Shown here one piece after another: positions 50,714-61,671 of a stretch of 64,000 nucleotides of DNA. Below the pieces are notes generated by a model. That model saw only the letters and a list, made by a program, of their open reading frames with translations, made no database searches and had not been told where the DNA came from. The position numbers and the translations under genes are program-made. Source of the stretch: Vulcanimicrobiota bacterium (GTDB lineage: Bacteria; Vulcanimicrobiota; Vulcanimicrobiia; Vulcanimicrobiales; Vulcanimicrobiaceae); contig CAVRQT010000001.1 in NCBI GenBank assembly GCA_963723515.1, forward strand, positions 1 through 64,000, given 5' to 3'. Numbering within the stretch: the stretch's first letter is position 1; each line of letters starts with the position of its first letter.

Positions 50714-52972
50714 ATGTATCGATACTTTAGTGCCCTGGCAATCCTGATCTTCAGCGCCACGCTTCCGGTGCTGGCCGATCAGTCCAGCGGCACCTCAAAC
50801 AAAGACCGCGCGACAGCGCAACCCGCGGCGCGGGCGCCCCAGCGGCCCGCGGCGCAGCCGGCTGCTCAGCCGCGACAATATACCCCGCCGGTGCAACGGC
50901 AGTACACGCCCGCAACGACGCAGCGTCAGTACACGCCGCCGGTAACGACACCACGGCAATATACGCCGCCGGCGACGACGCAGCGTCAGTACACGCCGCC
51001 GGTAACGACACCACGGCAATATACGCCGCCGGCGACCACGCAGCGTCAGTACACGCCGCCGGTAACGACACCGCGGCAATATACGCCGCCGGCAACGACG
51101 CAGCGTCAGTACACGCCGCCGGTGACGACGCCACGGCAGTATACGCCGCCAGTGCAGCGTCAGTACACACCGGCCAGCACGCCGCACGTGCGGAGCTACG
51201 TGCCGCCCACGACGACGCACAATGTGCCGGTAACGACGCACAATGCGCCAGTAACGACGCACAACACGCCCGTAACAACGCACGTTCGTAGTTACATGCC
51301 GCCGACGACACACGTGCAAACGATCCTGCCGCCGACGCGTGCAATCACGCATACGCCGACGATGACGCACGTCCAGAACCTAGTGCCGCCGACGCGTAAT
51401 GTAACGCGCATGCCGGTGACCACGCACGGTCAAACGTTCGTGCCGCCGACGCGTAACATCACCCGCATGCCGGCACCGGCGCACGTTCAAACGTTCATCC
51501 CACCGGCCCGCAACGTAACGCACATGCCAGCAACCACGCACGTTCAAACGTTCATCCCGCCGGCGCGCACGATAACGCATCTGCCGGCGACAACGCACGT
51601 TCAAACGTTCCTACCGCCGCGAACAACGATCAGGAACGTTCCGGTAACGACCGTTCGCGTACCGGCGACCGTTGCAACGCAACGCGTCCGTACGTCGTTC
51701 GGAACCGTCATCGTTCCCCGTAACCGGCAGCTCCAGACTGCGTTGGTGCAACGTGCCGTAACCCGCGTGAACCTGATCACGAATACGATCAAACAATCGT
51801 CACAGATTCCGTGGAGTACGATTCAAGCTCGCACGCGCTACGCGTTGACGCCTGCGGATCGTCAGTGGCTCCGCCAAGCGTGGACCGGCCCGCAGGCCTT
51901 GCCGACCCGAATCGTAGCCGTAAATGCAGCGGTTGCAGCGGCCGATCCGACGGTTCAACAGGTCGTGTACCAGCCATATCCGGTCTATCAGCAACAGGTC
52001 GTGTACCAGCCGTACCCGGTCTACCAGCAATATCCGGCGTATCAGCAGTACCCGGTCTACCAGCCGACAATTGATCCGACACAACTGTTGCTCGGTCAAC
52101 TCTTGGGTGGCGTCTTAGGAACCCCGGTCAACTACGGCTACAACCCGTATAGCACGGGTTACAATCCGTATGCCACGGGCTACAATCCGTATACCACGGG
52201 CTACAATCCGTACAGCACCGGCTACAATCCGTATAGCACCGGCTACAACCCGTACGGTTACAACTCAGGATCGAACGGCTCGGATCTGGCGCTTGCTGCG
52301 CTGCTGACGATCGTTCCATCGTTGCTCAACGGAAACGGCGGTAACTTTCAGGCGCAGGATCTCCTTGCACTGGCTCCGTTGCTGCTGCTGAGCAATAGCA
52401 ATTCGGGTTATGGGTATCCGCCGCAGTACTACAACAATCCATACGGATACCAGCCGGCATATAACCCGTACGCATATCAACCGGCATATAACCCCTACGC
52501 GTATCAGCCGGCATATAACCCGTACGCGTACCAGCCGGCATATAACCCGTATGCCTACCAGCCTGCGTACGACAACCAAGGCTGTGACCCAACGTATAGC
52601 AATTGCGCGAACGCGTACAATCCGTACGCAACAACCGCATACAATCCATACGCGACGAGCGGGTACAACCCGTATAGCACTGGCTACACCCCGTATAGCA
52701 GCGGCTACACGCCGTACGCGACCGCCTACAATCCGTATACGACTCCGGTCGGCTACGGTGCAGCGGGCAACGCTCAGATCACCGGTTACGTCATGGCGCA
52801 GTCGGGGCCGACGTTGCTTGTAGTGACTCCGAACATGGGGTCGGTACTCGTCAACGCGCTGCCGGCCGAGCAAAGCGGGACCGTGAGCGGTAATTTGCAA
52901 CCGGGAGCCTATGTAACGGCAGTTGGATACTACTCCAGCGGAAACACGTTCATGGCGACCGCCCTGCAGTAG
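50714..52972 (+). CDS. Secreted low-complexity multi-repeat protein (Tyr/Pro/Thr/Gln/Asn-rich)
   Basis: GAGG RBS, signal peptide ending VLA, intact ORF of about 750 aa with several in-frame repeat blocks. Confidence 0.85.
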   Translation: MYRYFSALAILIFSATLPVLADQSSGTSNKDRATAQPAARAPQRPAAQPAAQPRQYTPPVQRQYTPATTQRQYTPPVTTPRQYTPPATTQRQYTPPVTTPRQYTPPATTQRQYTPPVTTPRQYTPPATTQRQYTPPVTTPRQYTPPVQRQYTPASTPHVRSYVPPTTTHNVPVTTHNAPVTTHNTPVTTHVRSYMPPTTHVQTILPPTRAITHTPTMTHVQNLVPPTRNVTRMPVTTHGQTFVPPTRNITRMPAPAHVQTFIPPARNVTHMPATTHVQTFIPPARTITHLPATTHVQTFLPPRTTIRNVPVTTVRVPATVATQRVRTSFGTVIVPRNRQLQTALVQRAVTRVNLITNTIKQSSQIPWSTIQARTRYALTPADRQWLRQAWTGPQALPTRIVAVNAAVAAADPTVQQVVYQPYPVYQQQVVYQPYPVYQQYPAYQQYPVYQPTIDPTQLLLGQLLGGVLGTPVNYGYNPYSTGYNPYATGYNPYTTGYNPYSTGYNPYSTGYNPYGYNSGSNGSDLALAALLTIVPSLLNGNGGNFQAQDLLALAPLLLLSNSNSGYGYPPQYYNNPYGYQPAYNPYAYQPAYNPYAYQPAYNPYAYQPAYNPYAYQPAYDNQGCDPTYSNCANAYNPYATTAYNPYATSGYNPYSTGYTPYSSGYTPYATAYNPYTTPVGYGAAGNAQITGYVMAQSGPTLLVVTPNMGSVLVNALPAEQSGTVSGNLQPGAYVTAVGYYSSGNTFMATALQ
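50873..51175 (+). repeat. Coding tandem repeat, 60-bp period (two alternating 30-bp units RQYTPPATTQ / RQYTPPVTTP)
   Basis: Lines at 50941, 51001 and 51061 are near-identical, differing at synonymous positions. Confidence 0.9.
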
Positions 52973-53003
52973 CCGCGTAACGTAAAGAGAAAGCGGCCGT
53001 GAA

Positions 53004-53642
53004 GTGGATCTCCACTTCACGGCCGCTGCTTTTGCCACGGCATTCACGATCATCGACCCGATCGGAATGATTCCGCTGACGTTAGCATCGACGGCGCAGG
53101 TAAACGACGGCGATCGCGCGCGCATCGTGAATCAAGCGGTGCTCGTTGCCGCATTGATCGTGCTGTTCATGGGACTCGTCGGCCGTCCGGTGCTCGATGC
53201 GCTCGGCATCACGTTGCCTGCATTCATGATCGCCGGCGGCCTGCTGCTCTTCCTGATCGCGATCGATATGCTGTTCGCGCGAAAGACCGGCGCCAAGCGC
53301 ACGGAAGAAGAGGAGCGCGAAGCAGCGGCGGTTGAAAATCCAGCGGTTTTTCCGCTCGCGATTCCGATGATCGCCGGGCCCGGAACAATCGCTACCGTAC
53401 TGCTCTTGATCAGCCTTGCGCATGGCGATCGAGTCAAGCTCGTGACGATCTTTGTCGCGTATGCAGTCGCGCTTGCGGCGACGTGGTTCTGCATGCGGAG
53501 CGCGGGAAGGCTGATGCAATTGATCGGTAAGACGGGGATTCACGTCGTGACGCGCGTGCTCGGTATCATCTTGGCGGCGCTCGCCGTGCAATTCGTGATC
53601 AATGGCGTTCTCGCGACGCCGCTGCTTCACCGCACCTCCTAA
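53004..53642 (+). CDS. MarC family membrane protein
   Basis: IIDPIG, IAGGLLLF, VFPLAIPMIAGPG, RVLGIILAALAVQF. Confidence 0.92.
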   Translation: MDLHFTAAAFATAFTIIDPIGMIPLTLASTAQVNDGDRARIVNQAVLVAALIVLFMGLVGRPVLDALGITLPAFMIAGGLLLFLIAIDMLFARKTGAKRTEEEEREAAAVENPAVFPLAIPMIAGPGTIATVLLLISLAHGDRVKLVTIFVAYAVALAATWFCMRSAGRLMQLIGKTGIHVVTRVLGIILAALAVQFVINGVLATPLLHRTS

Positions 53643-53688
53643 GCGAGCCTTAGAGAATCTTCATTGTCTCTTGATAATTAGTAGAGGG

Positions 53689-54258
53689 ATGAAGCCGAAA
53701 GCAATCTCGACGCTGATGGTGACCGCCGCGCTGGTCGCCTTGTGCGCGCCGACAGCGGCGCGTGCCGAACGCGCTTCTTTGGGCGATGCCTCGCCGAATG
53801 TCCCGCTTACCGTCGCACTCATCGAGGCGGGGGGCGGCGCGCAGCATTACGACACCGTCACGCTGATTCATTCGCTGGCGGGACATCTGGCCGGCGTCGA
53901 GCTATGGCACCTGCGCTTGGTCTTCGGCCGGCAAAAGGTCGGCTCGTTTTTGTCCGTCTTCAACTTTGCCGTGAAAGACATCGTGACGACGTTCCACGAT
54001 GCCCATATCGACCTCAATGTCTCGCCGTCGCCGGATCCGCACGACGGACATGCCTTGTGCGCGGCATTGATCGCCCAGGCATTGCAGCCCGATGGAAATC
54101 TCGATGTCGATTTGCTGCTCGACCATATGCTTTCTGCGGGCGCGCACGCGCATGTTCGCACGGACATCGCACGCGCTTACGGCGCGGAAGGGGAGCGAAA
54201 TTTCCGGGCGGTGTTGCTGCAGTCGCTGCGGGACATGCGGCGCGCCAACCACCTCTAA
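53689..54258 (+). CDS. Secreted hypothetical protein
   Basis: GAGG RBS, signal peptide MKPKAISTLMVTAALVALCAPTAARA, helical domain. Confidence 0.7.
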   Translation: MKPKAISTLMVTAALVALCAPTAARAERASLGDASPNVPLTVALIEAGGGAQHYDTVTLIHSLAGHLAGVELWHLRLVFGRQKVGSFLSVFNFAVKDIVTTFHDAHIDLNVSPSPDPHDGHALCAALIAQALQPDGNLDVDLLLDHMLSAGAHAHVRTDIARAYGAEGERNFRAVLLQSLRDMRRANHL

Positions 54259-54860
54259 ATCAAGGGTGCTTTTAAGGCGTTCCGTATGACGCGCGCCGCA
54301 ATGCGCGCACAGCGCGGCGCCTCTTTAGCGAGCCACGGAAGTTCGAACCATGCGCGTGGATGGAAGAGCACCGTCGCTGGATGCAGCCATGCGCGATGCA
54401 ACTCATGCTGCGGCGTATCGAGAATGACACGGACCGCCGCAATTCGGGAGCCGCGCAGCAGTGCGCTTTCCATGTCGGCGGCAACAAAACCGCGCGCTGC
54501 CCAAAGCCGCCGTTCGTCGCCTCGCACGATCGAGCCGGCGCTCAGGAGCGGCTCGCCGCTGTAGCGTAAGCCAAGGGCGGAAGCGCTTTCGCGCAATGCT
54601 TTCACGAGCAGCGCATCGCAGGCAATCGTCGCGCCGTCAGCACTGTGGAGCGTCTCCGGGAGTACGACGGTGCCGGTCGGCAAGTCCGCCAAGCCGCCGG
54701 CGAGCCCACAGCTGATCACGGTGTCCGAAAGAGTCGTTGGATCGAGTGCCGATAACGCAATTCCGGCACGCACGACGTTAATATTTGGCAACTCCGCGCG
54801 AGCGATACGATACTCGAGCGACGTCGGCGTAACGACGGTCAGCGAAGCGAGGTCAAACGC
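54255..54860 (-). CDS. hpnG: Hopanoid-associated nucleoside phosphorylase-like protein (start approximate)
   Basis: ISCGLAGGL, ADMESA, VRVILD; last gene of the hpn operon. Confidence 0.7.
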   Translation of the reverse strand, partial: AFDLASLTVVTPTSLEYRIARAELPNINVVRAGIALSALDPTTLSDTVISCGLAGGLADLPTGTVVLPETLHSADGATIACDALLVKALRESASALGLRYSGEPLLSAGSIVRGDERRLWAARGFVAADMESALLRGSRIAAVRVILDTPQHELHRAWLHPATVLFHPRAWFELPWLAKEAPRCARIAARVIRNALKAPLI

Positions 54861-55833
54861 CGGTGAAATGGGTTCGGTACCAGGCGATTGCGCGTTGCAG
54901 CGCATCGCGCACCGCCGAGGGATCAAAGTCGAGTTCGCGTTGCGCTTTCGTGCTGTCGACGAACACCCGATGCTGTGCTAATCGAACACCCTCGAGCGGA
55001 ATGCGGGGCGTCGCGCCGCCTTTGAGGCGGCACCGCAATTCATCCCCCCATGCGGCCGCAAATAGCACGGCATTCGGAAGTCGCATCTGCGGCGCGCGCT
55101 TTCCGGTGAGTTCTGAGAGCAGCGCCCACAATTGATCTAAGGTCAGATTTTCGCCGCCTAGGATGTAACGCTCGCTCGGGCGCGCGCGCGTCAAGGCAAC
55201 GACGTGTGCCCGCGCCACGTCCTCGATTGCAACGATATTGAGGCCACCGCAGCGTGGCGGTTTCGCAAAAATCCGACCCGCCGCAAAATCGGCGATAAGA
55301 CGTCCGGTAGGGGTCGGTTTCGCATCGCCGGGCCCGACCGGCGTCGTCGGTAAGAGCGTGCTCAGCGGCACACGGCTCGCAAATGCGGCGCGTTCTTGCT
55401 CGACTTTTGAATCGTGATACGCAGAGCCGCTGTGCTCGTTTGCCCAATCCGATTCCGTCAGCAGATGTCCGTTGCGCGAAACACCCAAAGCGGCTGAGCT
55501 CGACGTTACGATGGCGCGCTCGACGCCGGCAACCCTCGCCGCTTCGAGAAGCCCGCTCGTACCCGCTACGTTGATGAGGTGCATTTCGCCGCGTGCCGAC
55601 GGTGAGAATGAGTAGAGGGCGGCACAGTGGATGAGGTAACGGCATCCGTCGAGCGCGCGCGCCAATTCACCGGGCGCTCGCAGATCGCCGCGCACCGTTT
55701 CGTAGGGCAGTGATTCCGATTTTCGATTGCGAACCAGCGCGCGCACGCGGTATCCTTGCGCGATCAATTCGCCCAGGACGTGGCTGCCTATGAATCCGGT
55801 CGCTCCGGTGAGGAAGACCGAATCAGTGGGCAA
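54853..55833 (-). CDS. hpnA: Hopanoid-associated NAD-dependent epimerase/dehydratase
   Basis: TGATGFIG, YHDSK, GPGDAKPTPTG. Confidence 0.88.
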   Translation of the reverse strand: MPTDSVFLTGATGFIGSHVLGELIAQGYRVRALVRNRKSESLPYETVRGDLRAPGELARALDGCRYLIHCAALYSFSPSARGEMHLINVAGTSGLLEAARVAGVERAIVTSSSAALGVSRNGHLLTESDWANEHSGSAYHDSKVEQERAAFASRVPLSTLLPTTPVGPGDAKPTPTGRLIADFAAGRIFAKPPRCGGLNIVAIEDVARAHVVALTRARPSERYILGGENLTLDQLWALLSELTGKRAPQMRLPNAVLFAAAWGDELRCRLKGGATPRIPLEGVRLAQHRVFVDSTKAQRELDFDPSAVRDALQRAIAWYRTHFTGV

Positions 55834-56827
55834 CGGCCGCGCGCACCATCTCTTTCGGCGAACGCATCGTCGCCATTACCGCAGTCGGCTCGTAGCCGCA
55901 ATGCGCCATGCAGTTTTCGCAGTTCGGATGGCGTCCGCGGCCGTACTTCGACCAATCGGTCGTCTCGACGAGCTCCTTATAGCTGCCGACATAGCCGTCT
56001 GACATGAGGTAGCATGGGCGCTGCCATCCGAGCACCGAGTACGATGGGATGCCCCAGGCCGTGCATTGGAAGTCAACTTTGCCTTCCAAGAAATCTAAGT
56101 AAAGCGGGCTGTGATTCAAGCGCCACTTCTTGCGCTTGTCGCCGGCAAACGCTTCGCGAAAGATCGCGCGCGTGCGCTCCACGCCGAGGAAATGTTCTTG
56201 ATCCGGCGCCCTCTCGTAGGCGTATCCCGGCGCGATTTGCATCGTGTCGACGCGCAGCTCGTCGTTGAGGAAATCAAGCACCGAGCGAATTGACTGCGGG
56301 TCGTCCTGATTGAAAAACGTCGTGTTCGTCGTAACACGAAAGCCGCGCGCTTGCGCCGCCTTGACCGCCCCAACGGCTTTTTCGAAGATTCCTGAACGGC
56401 AGACGGACTCATCATGCCGCTCCTTGAGGCCGTCCAAATGGACCGACCACGCAAAGTAGATCGAAGGCTTGAATTGATCAAGCTTGCGTTCCATCAGAAT
56501 CGCGTTCGTGCAGAGATAGATGAACTTCTTGCGCTCGATCAGCGCTTCTGCGATTTGCGCGATCTCCGTGTGGATCAACGGCTCACCGCCGGCAATCGAA
56601 ACCATTGGTGCGCCGCATTCTTCGACGGCGTCGATCGCCTCTTGAACGGTCATTCGGCGGCGAAGAATATCGTTGGGATGCTGGATCTTTCCGCAGCCCG
56701 CACACTCCAGATTGCACTGGAACAGCGGCTCGAGCTGCAGCACGAGCGGGAACTTTTTCTCCCGTCGGAGCTTCTTACCGGCGATGTATTTGAAAACGGC
56801 AAGTTTTTGCTGCCATGGAACGCTCAT
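55823..56827 (-). CDS. hpnH: Adenosylhopane synthase (radical SAM)
   Basis: LEPLFQCNLECAGCGKI, IAGGEPL, GWQRPCY, CENCMAHCGYE. Confidence 0.95.
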   Translation of the reverse strand: MSVPWQQKLAVFKYIAGKKLRREKKFPLVLQLEPLFQCNLECAGCGKIQHPNDILRRRMTVQEAIDAVEECGAPMVSIAGGEPLIHTEIAQIAEALIERKKFIYLCTNAILMERKLDQFKPSIYFAWSVHLDGLKERHDESVCRSGIFEKAVGAVKAAQARGFRVTTNTTFFNQDDPQSIRSVLDFLNDELRVDTMQIAPGYAYERAPDQEHFLGVERTRAIFREAFAGDKRKKWRLNHSPLYLDFLEGKVDFQCTAWGIPSYSVLGWQRPCYLMSDGYVGSYKELVETTDWSKYGRGRHPNCENCMAHCGYEPTAVMATMRSPKEMVRAAVAH

Positions 56828-58699
56828 AGCGAAGCTCCTTGCGGCAGCAGAATCCGTCTGCGAAGCGCAGCATCCGCTGCCAGCGCCATCAGCGGAAAGA
56901 GATGTCGATACAGATGGTAGTTAATGTAGAAATCTCCCGGAAAGCCCGTGCCCGTGTATTGCGGCTCGTCCCACGTGCCGTCTGAACGTTGTCGCTCGAG
57001 AAGAAAGTTCATTCCCCGTCCGCACGCTTCATGCTGGCCGAGCCCCGCAAGCTGCAGTCCCATCATGGCCCACGCCGTCTGTGACGGCGTGCTATCGCCG
57101 ACGCCCGCGAACGATTCGTCCTCGTAGGAGTGGCAGGTTTCACCCCAGCCGCCATCGCGGTTTTGGCGCTCCAGCAACCAAGATGCCGCACGCCGCACCA
57201 TGTCGCTGCCCGTTTTAAGCGCCGCGAGCGCTGAAAGGACGCACCACGTCCCGTAAATATAGTTGACGCCCCAGCGTCCGAACCACGCCCCGCTTGGCCG
57301 CTGCGTTTTGCGCAAGTAGTGCAAACCGCCGGCGACGTGCGGATCCTCGACGGCGTAATCGACTGCGGCAAGCATCTCGAGCACGTGCGCGGTCACATCT
57401 TCGGTCGGCGGGTCGATCAACGCGCCGAAATCGGCGAACGGCATTCGGTAAACGAGCGTATCTTCGTTGTCGCGGTCAAATGCGGCCCACGCACCGTTGC
57501 GAGAGCGCATTGCGAGCGTCCAGGCAATAGCGCGCTGCACCGCGGCACCGACACGATCGCGATTGCCGCCTTCGAGCAACGCGAGAACGACCACCGTCGT
57601 ATCGTCGATGTCCGGATACGCATCGTTGTCGAATTCGAACGCCCACCCGCCGCCCTCGACGCCGTGCAGGCGGAGGCGCCAATCGCCCTGGACTTTGCGC
57701 CGGAATCTGTTCGTCGAGCAGCCATTGCACGGCGCGCTGCATCGCCGGATGGCGTGTATCAAGTCCCGCGAGCCGCAAGCCGCGAACCGCCCACGCGGTA
57801 TCCCAAACGGGCGACATGCAGGCTTGAAAACGCCACCCTTGCGCAGCATCATCGATAATGAAGCGTTGCATGCCGGCAAGACCGCGATGAATCACAGGAT
57901 CGTCAAGCCCGCGTCCTTCGATGCTCAACGCGATCAACGAGTAAACCCATGGGGGTTGAATGCCGCCCCAACTTCCGTCGGCTTCTTGGCGCTCGACGAC
58001 CCAATCGATCACGCGCCGGCATGCACGTTCTCGCGCCGGCTTCCACGGACTGCGTTCGTACAATTTCAAAAGCTGGTCGAGCCACCAAAACGCGCCGCTT
58101 CCCGGCACGCGACGCATCGACGGTTCGGTGCCTTCGACGACGATCTCAGAGATGTCGACGCCGAGTTTTCGAATCGGACGGCGCGCGATGACGGCGCACA
58201 GCGGCGCAATTGTGCCGCGCGCCCAGCAGGCGAAGTCGTAGAAATTAAACGGAACCGATGGCGGAAGAAAGACAAGCTCGGGCGGCAGCGTCGGGATCCC
58301 CTCCCATGGGTATTTGCCGAAGAGCGCGAGCCAAATTTTGGTGAAGACGCGCGCTTTCGCTAGACCGCCAAGCCGCCGAATCATCGCGAGCGCGCGTTGC
58401 ATCTCCGGAACGGTCGCATTCAAACCCAAGAGTCTTAGCGCGACGTAGGCTTCGATCGTCGTGCTCAAGTCCGCGGGCCCGTCGTAGTACAGCGCCCACG
58501 AACCATCGCTGCGCTGGTTCGCGAGAAAATGTTTGATCGCGCCGCCTGCTATCGGCGCACTGTCGGCGCCCAGAAAGCGCAGGAGCAGGATGTGCTCGGC
58601 GGTCATCGTCACGTTCGTCGCGAGCTCTCCCGACCACCAGCCGTCCGGTGATTGCTGCGCCAGCAGCCAATCGACGGCGGATTGCAGCGGCTCAGGCAA
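56824..58699 (-). CDS. shc: Squalene-hopene cyclase, one frameshift near 57700
   Basis: QW repeats (QSPDGWW, QRSDGSW, QNRDGGW), SPVWDTA, YPDIDDT (DxDD), GTGFPGDFYINY. Confidence 0.95.
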
Positions 58700-59969
58700 C
58701 GTTGCGGATCAACTCGAGCGAATGTGCAGCTGCGATTCCGCTGCGCACGGCCGATTCCATCGTGTCGAGCCACCCCGTTTCCGTCCACGATCCCGCGACG
58801 GCGACGCATGCGCGGCGCGTTCGCTGCGGCGGTCGAATCGCGCCGTCTCTGGGCATATAGGTCGCTTCGGGATTGCGCGTCACCGCGCTTGTGCGCAGCC
58901 TGGCGCCGGCAAGTTCGGGAACCGCTGCCAGAATGTGATCCCATGCGAGCCGCGTTAGATCGTCGGTCGCAAGCCGAATGTATTTTTCGGCGGCGCTCAC
59001 GCTGCAACAGATATATCCCGGCTCCTTTTGAAAGATCCACTGCACCGGTGACTCGATCAGCATCGCAAAATCGAAATCGAGCGCGCCGCGATCGTGCCAG
59101 AGGTGCACGTCGATGATCGGCATCGCTTCATAGTCGTCGAGCGCCGGAAGACCGTATTGCGCACTGTTGCCGAGCAGCTTTGCGAGTTGCCGTGGCGCGA
59201 CCGCTAAGACGATCGCATCGTACGAGCGTTTGAGCCCACCGGCGATTTCGAGCGAGGGCTGTCCGTTCTCACCGAGCTCGACGGCGAGCACTGCCGTTGA
59301 AAGGTGCACGTGATCGATGGTTTCTGCTGCTGCATTCATGATGTGCGCCAGCGGAACGGTCGCAAAACCGAAACGCGCGGCGCCGGCATCTTCGAGAAAT
59401 GCGCGCCGTAAAACGAGCGCTGCATCCGAGGCTCGAATCCGTTCCAGCGGCGCGTTGAGCGCTGGAACGATGAACGGCTCCCAAAATGCGCGGACCTCCT
59501 CGCTGCCTTGTCCGTGACTTGAAAGCCACGTCGCGAAATCTTGACTGGACGAAAGCGCACCTTTGATCGCACCCAGTGCGCGGATCACTCTGAGCCGTGC
59601 TCTCCAGCTCAGATGCCGATACGTCAAGAACGAGGCCGCCAGATGCAGCGGCGCCGGTAAGGGCAGCGCGCGGAGGCGCCCGCGTCTTCCGCGGCTGTTG
59701 AACGCGACCACATCGAAGCGCCGTTGAAGGTAGAGTTTGTCCGCCATGCCGGCGCGATCGACGAACCGAATGAACTCCGTGCAGCAGGCAAGGAAGACGT
59801 GCTGTCCGTTGTCGACCTCGTGACCGGCGACTTCAAATGACGTCGCGCGTCCGCCGACGAGGCGGCTTCTTTCGTAGAGATGGACGCGGCATCCGGCTTC
59901 GCGCAGTTCCAATGCCGCAGACAATCCGGCTAAGCCGGCGCCGATAACCGCTACATCGGGCGCAGCCAA
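58692..59969 (-). CDS. hpnE: Hydroxysqualene dehydroxylase
   Basis: IGAGLAG, GGRATS, DNGQHV, TMESAVRSG. Confidence 0.9.
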   Translation of the reverse strand: MAAPDVAVIGAGLAGLSAALELREAGCRVHLYERSRLVGGRATSFEVAGHEVDNGQHVFLACCTEFIRFVDRAGMADKLYLQRRFDVVAFNSRGRRGRLRALPLPAPLHLAASFLTYRHLSWRARLRVIRALGAIKGALSSSQDFATWLSSHGQGSEEVRAFWEPFIVPALNAPLERIRASDAALVLRRAFLEDAGAARFGFATVPLAHIMNAAAETIDHVHLSTAVLAVELGENGQPSLEIAGGLKRSYDAIVLAVAPRQLAKLLGNSAQYGLPALDDYEAMPIIDVHLWHDRGALDFDFAMLIESPVQWIFQKEPGYICCSVSAAEKYIRLATDDLTRLAWDHILAAVPELAGARLRTSAVTRNPEATYMPRDGAIRPPQRTRRACVAVAGSWTETGWLDTMESAVRSGIAAAHSLELIRNVA

Positions 59970-60847
59970 GATCCGACCATGATGCGCAATTTCTGTGTCC
60001 GTGAAAGCGATGCACGCTCGCGCAAGGGCAGCTGCGGATCGCTTTCGATCATCTCGAGGATGTGCTCGTAAATGCTCGCCATCGTTTGCACGCACGCGGC
60101 CGCACGTCGCGGAACGTGCGCAAGGACGCGATATCCGGCTGCGAAAAATCGGCGTGCCCGCGCAGTTTCAAAAGCGACGAGTTCATTCCAAGCGCGCGAT
60201 GATGGGTCGGCAAACAAAACCTCCGCTTCGGTGATCCCGAAACGCGCGAGGTCCTCCCCCGGAAGGTAGATCCGCCCCAGCGCGGCGTCTTCGCGCACGT
60301 CACGCAAGATGTTCGTCAACTGAAGAGCCAGACCGAGTTCGTCGGCATATTGCAACGCCGCAGGGTCGTCATAGCCGAAGATGCGCACGCACATGCGCCC
60401 GACGACCGAAGCGACGAGCATACAGTACCGTTCCAACTCTTCCCAGGTCGCATAGCGCGTGCATGCGGCATCCATTTGGACGCCTTCAATCAGCATCAGT
60501 AGTTCTGACTCGGGAATGCGATAACGACGCATTGCATGGCTGAGGACATGCGTAATTGGATCGCAGTAACCGCCGCGAGCAGTTTCCTTGACGCGCTCCC
60601 GATACGTATTTAAGCGCTGCGGCAGATCTTGCGCGTCGGCGCCGGCCTTATCCGCCTCATCATCAATTTGGCGCGCTAAGTCGTACAAGGCGTAGATCGC
60701 GACGCGTTGGTCTTTTGGCAGCGACACGAAACCCCAATAGAAGTTCTTTGCCTCGCGGCGCGCCATGCGCTCGCAGTACCGTTCCGCTTGCCGCAGCGGA
60801 TCGGCAGGCGACGCGACGCTAGCGATGACTTCCAACGGGTTGTGCAC
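59951..60847 (-). CDS. hpnD: Presqualene diphosphate synthase
   Basis: NFYWGF, IDDEAD, QLTNILRDVRED..GRIYLP. Confidence 0.88.
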   Translation of the reverse strand: MHNPLEVIASVASPADPLRQAERYCERMARREAKNFYWGFVSLPKDQRVAIYALYDLARQIDDEADKAGADAQDLPQRLNTYRERVKETARGGYCDPITHVLSHAMRRYRIPESELLMLIEGVQMDAACTRYATWEELERYCMLVASVVGRMCVRIFGYDDPAALQYADELGLALQLTNILRDVREDAALGRIYLPGEDLARFGITEAEVLFADPSSRAWNELVAFETARARRFFAAGYRVLAHVPRRAAACVQTMASIYEHILEMIESDPQLPLRERASLSRTQKLRIMVGSWLRPM

Positions 60848-61671
60848 TACTTGGTTCCTTTAAACGATGCAACGATTGCAGTGCCGCTTGACCGAAGACG
60901 CGCAAGCGCCGTGCGCTACCGATGCTCGGGCGCCGCAGGTCCGTGCGGTAATCGAGCGCCGCAATCCTGCGGCAAATCTCCAAGCCGCCCAGCCGGTAAA
61001 GCGCAAGCTGCAAGCGCAGGGGATATGGCGCCATAGCTTCGAGTTGCCGTCCCGATTGCAGCAGGCCGACGGCACGCTCGCAAAGCGCGCGTACCGCGCC
61101 GTCAACCCCGCTGCTTCGAATATCCGCTTGCAGCAGATATGTTCGCCCAATCGCTCGGTCACGGGTAACGTCTTGCGCGTGGTTCGCGAGCTGCAAACCG
61201 ATGCAGACATCATCGGAGAGCCTTTCGCTCTGTGCGTTGTACATGCCGAAAACCCGCAAGACGAGGCGGCCGACCGGCGCCGCCGACAGCATGCAATATT
61301 CGAGCAACTCCGGCCACCCCTCATACGTGTGGACGGTTTGATCCATCATGTTCGCTTCGATCAGATCCAGAAACGGCTGCGCCGGCAAGGCGCATTGCCG
61401 GATCGTTTCGCGCAATGCAATCAAAGCCGGATGTACGGGTGCGTCGCCTTCGAAGAGCGCAGCGACTTCAGCGCGCCAGCGGGCGAGCCGCGCAAGCGCA
61501 TCGTTGCCGCTTTCGTCGCCCAGGTCGTCGGTCGTTCGGCAGAAGGCGTAGATGCGTCGCAAATGCACGCGCAGATCCGCCTGTACCAGCGGGCCTGCCA
61601 CGATGAAGTTTTCGTAATGACGGCCCTGCCAGCATTTTGCAGTAGGCGTCGGCTGCGATCATCTCATTCAT
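60819..61671 (-). CDS. hpnC: Hydroxysqualene synthase, frameshift near 61620
   Basis: HYENF, IYAFCRTTDDLGDE, SAAPVGRLVL, QLANHAQD. Confidence 0.9.

Noticed and set aside
50873..52745. Regular 60/57/27/21-bp repeats as a CRISPR or ncRNA array
   Set aside because: No unique spacers, all periods are multiples of 3, variation is mostly synonymous within an intact ORF, and there are no cas genes.
48194..54258. Integrated genomic island at the tmRNA 3' end
   Set aside because: No integrase and no second copy of the ssrA 3' end seen; genes beyond 48400 match host composition.
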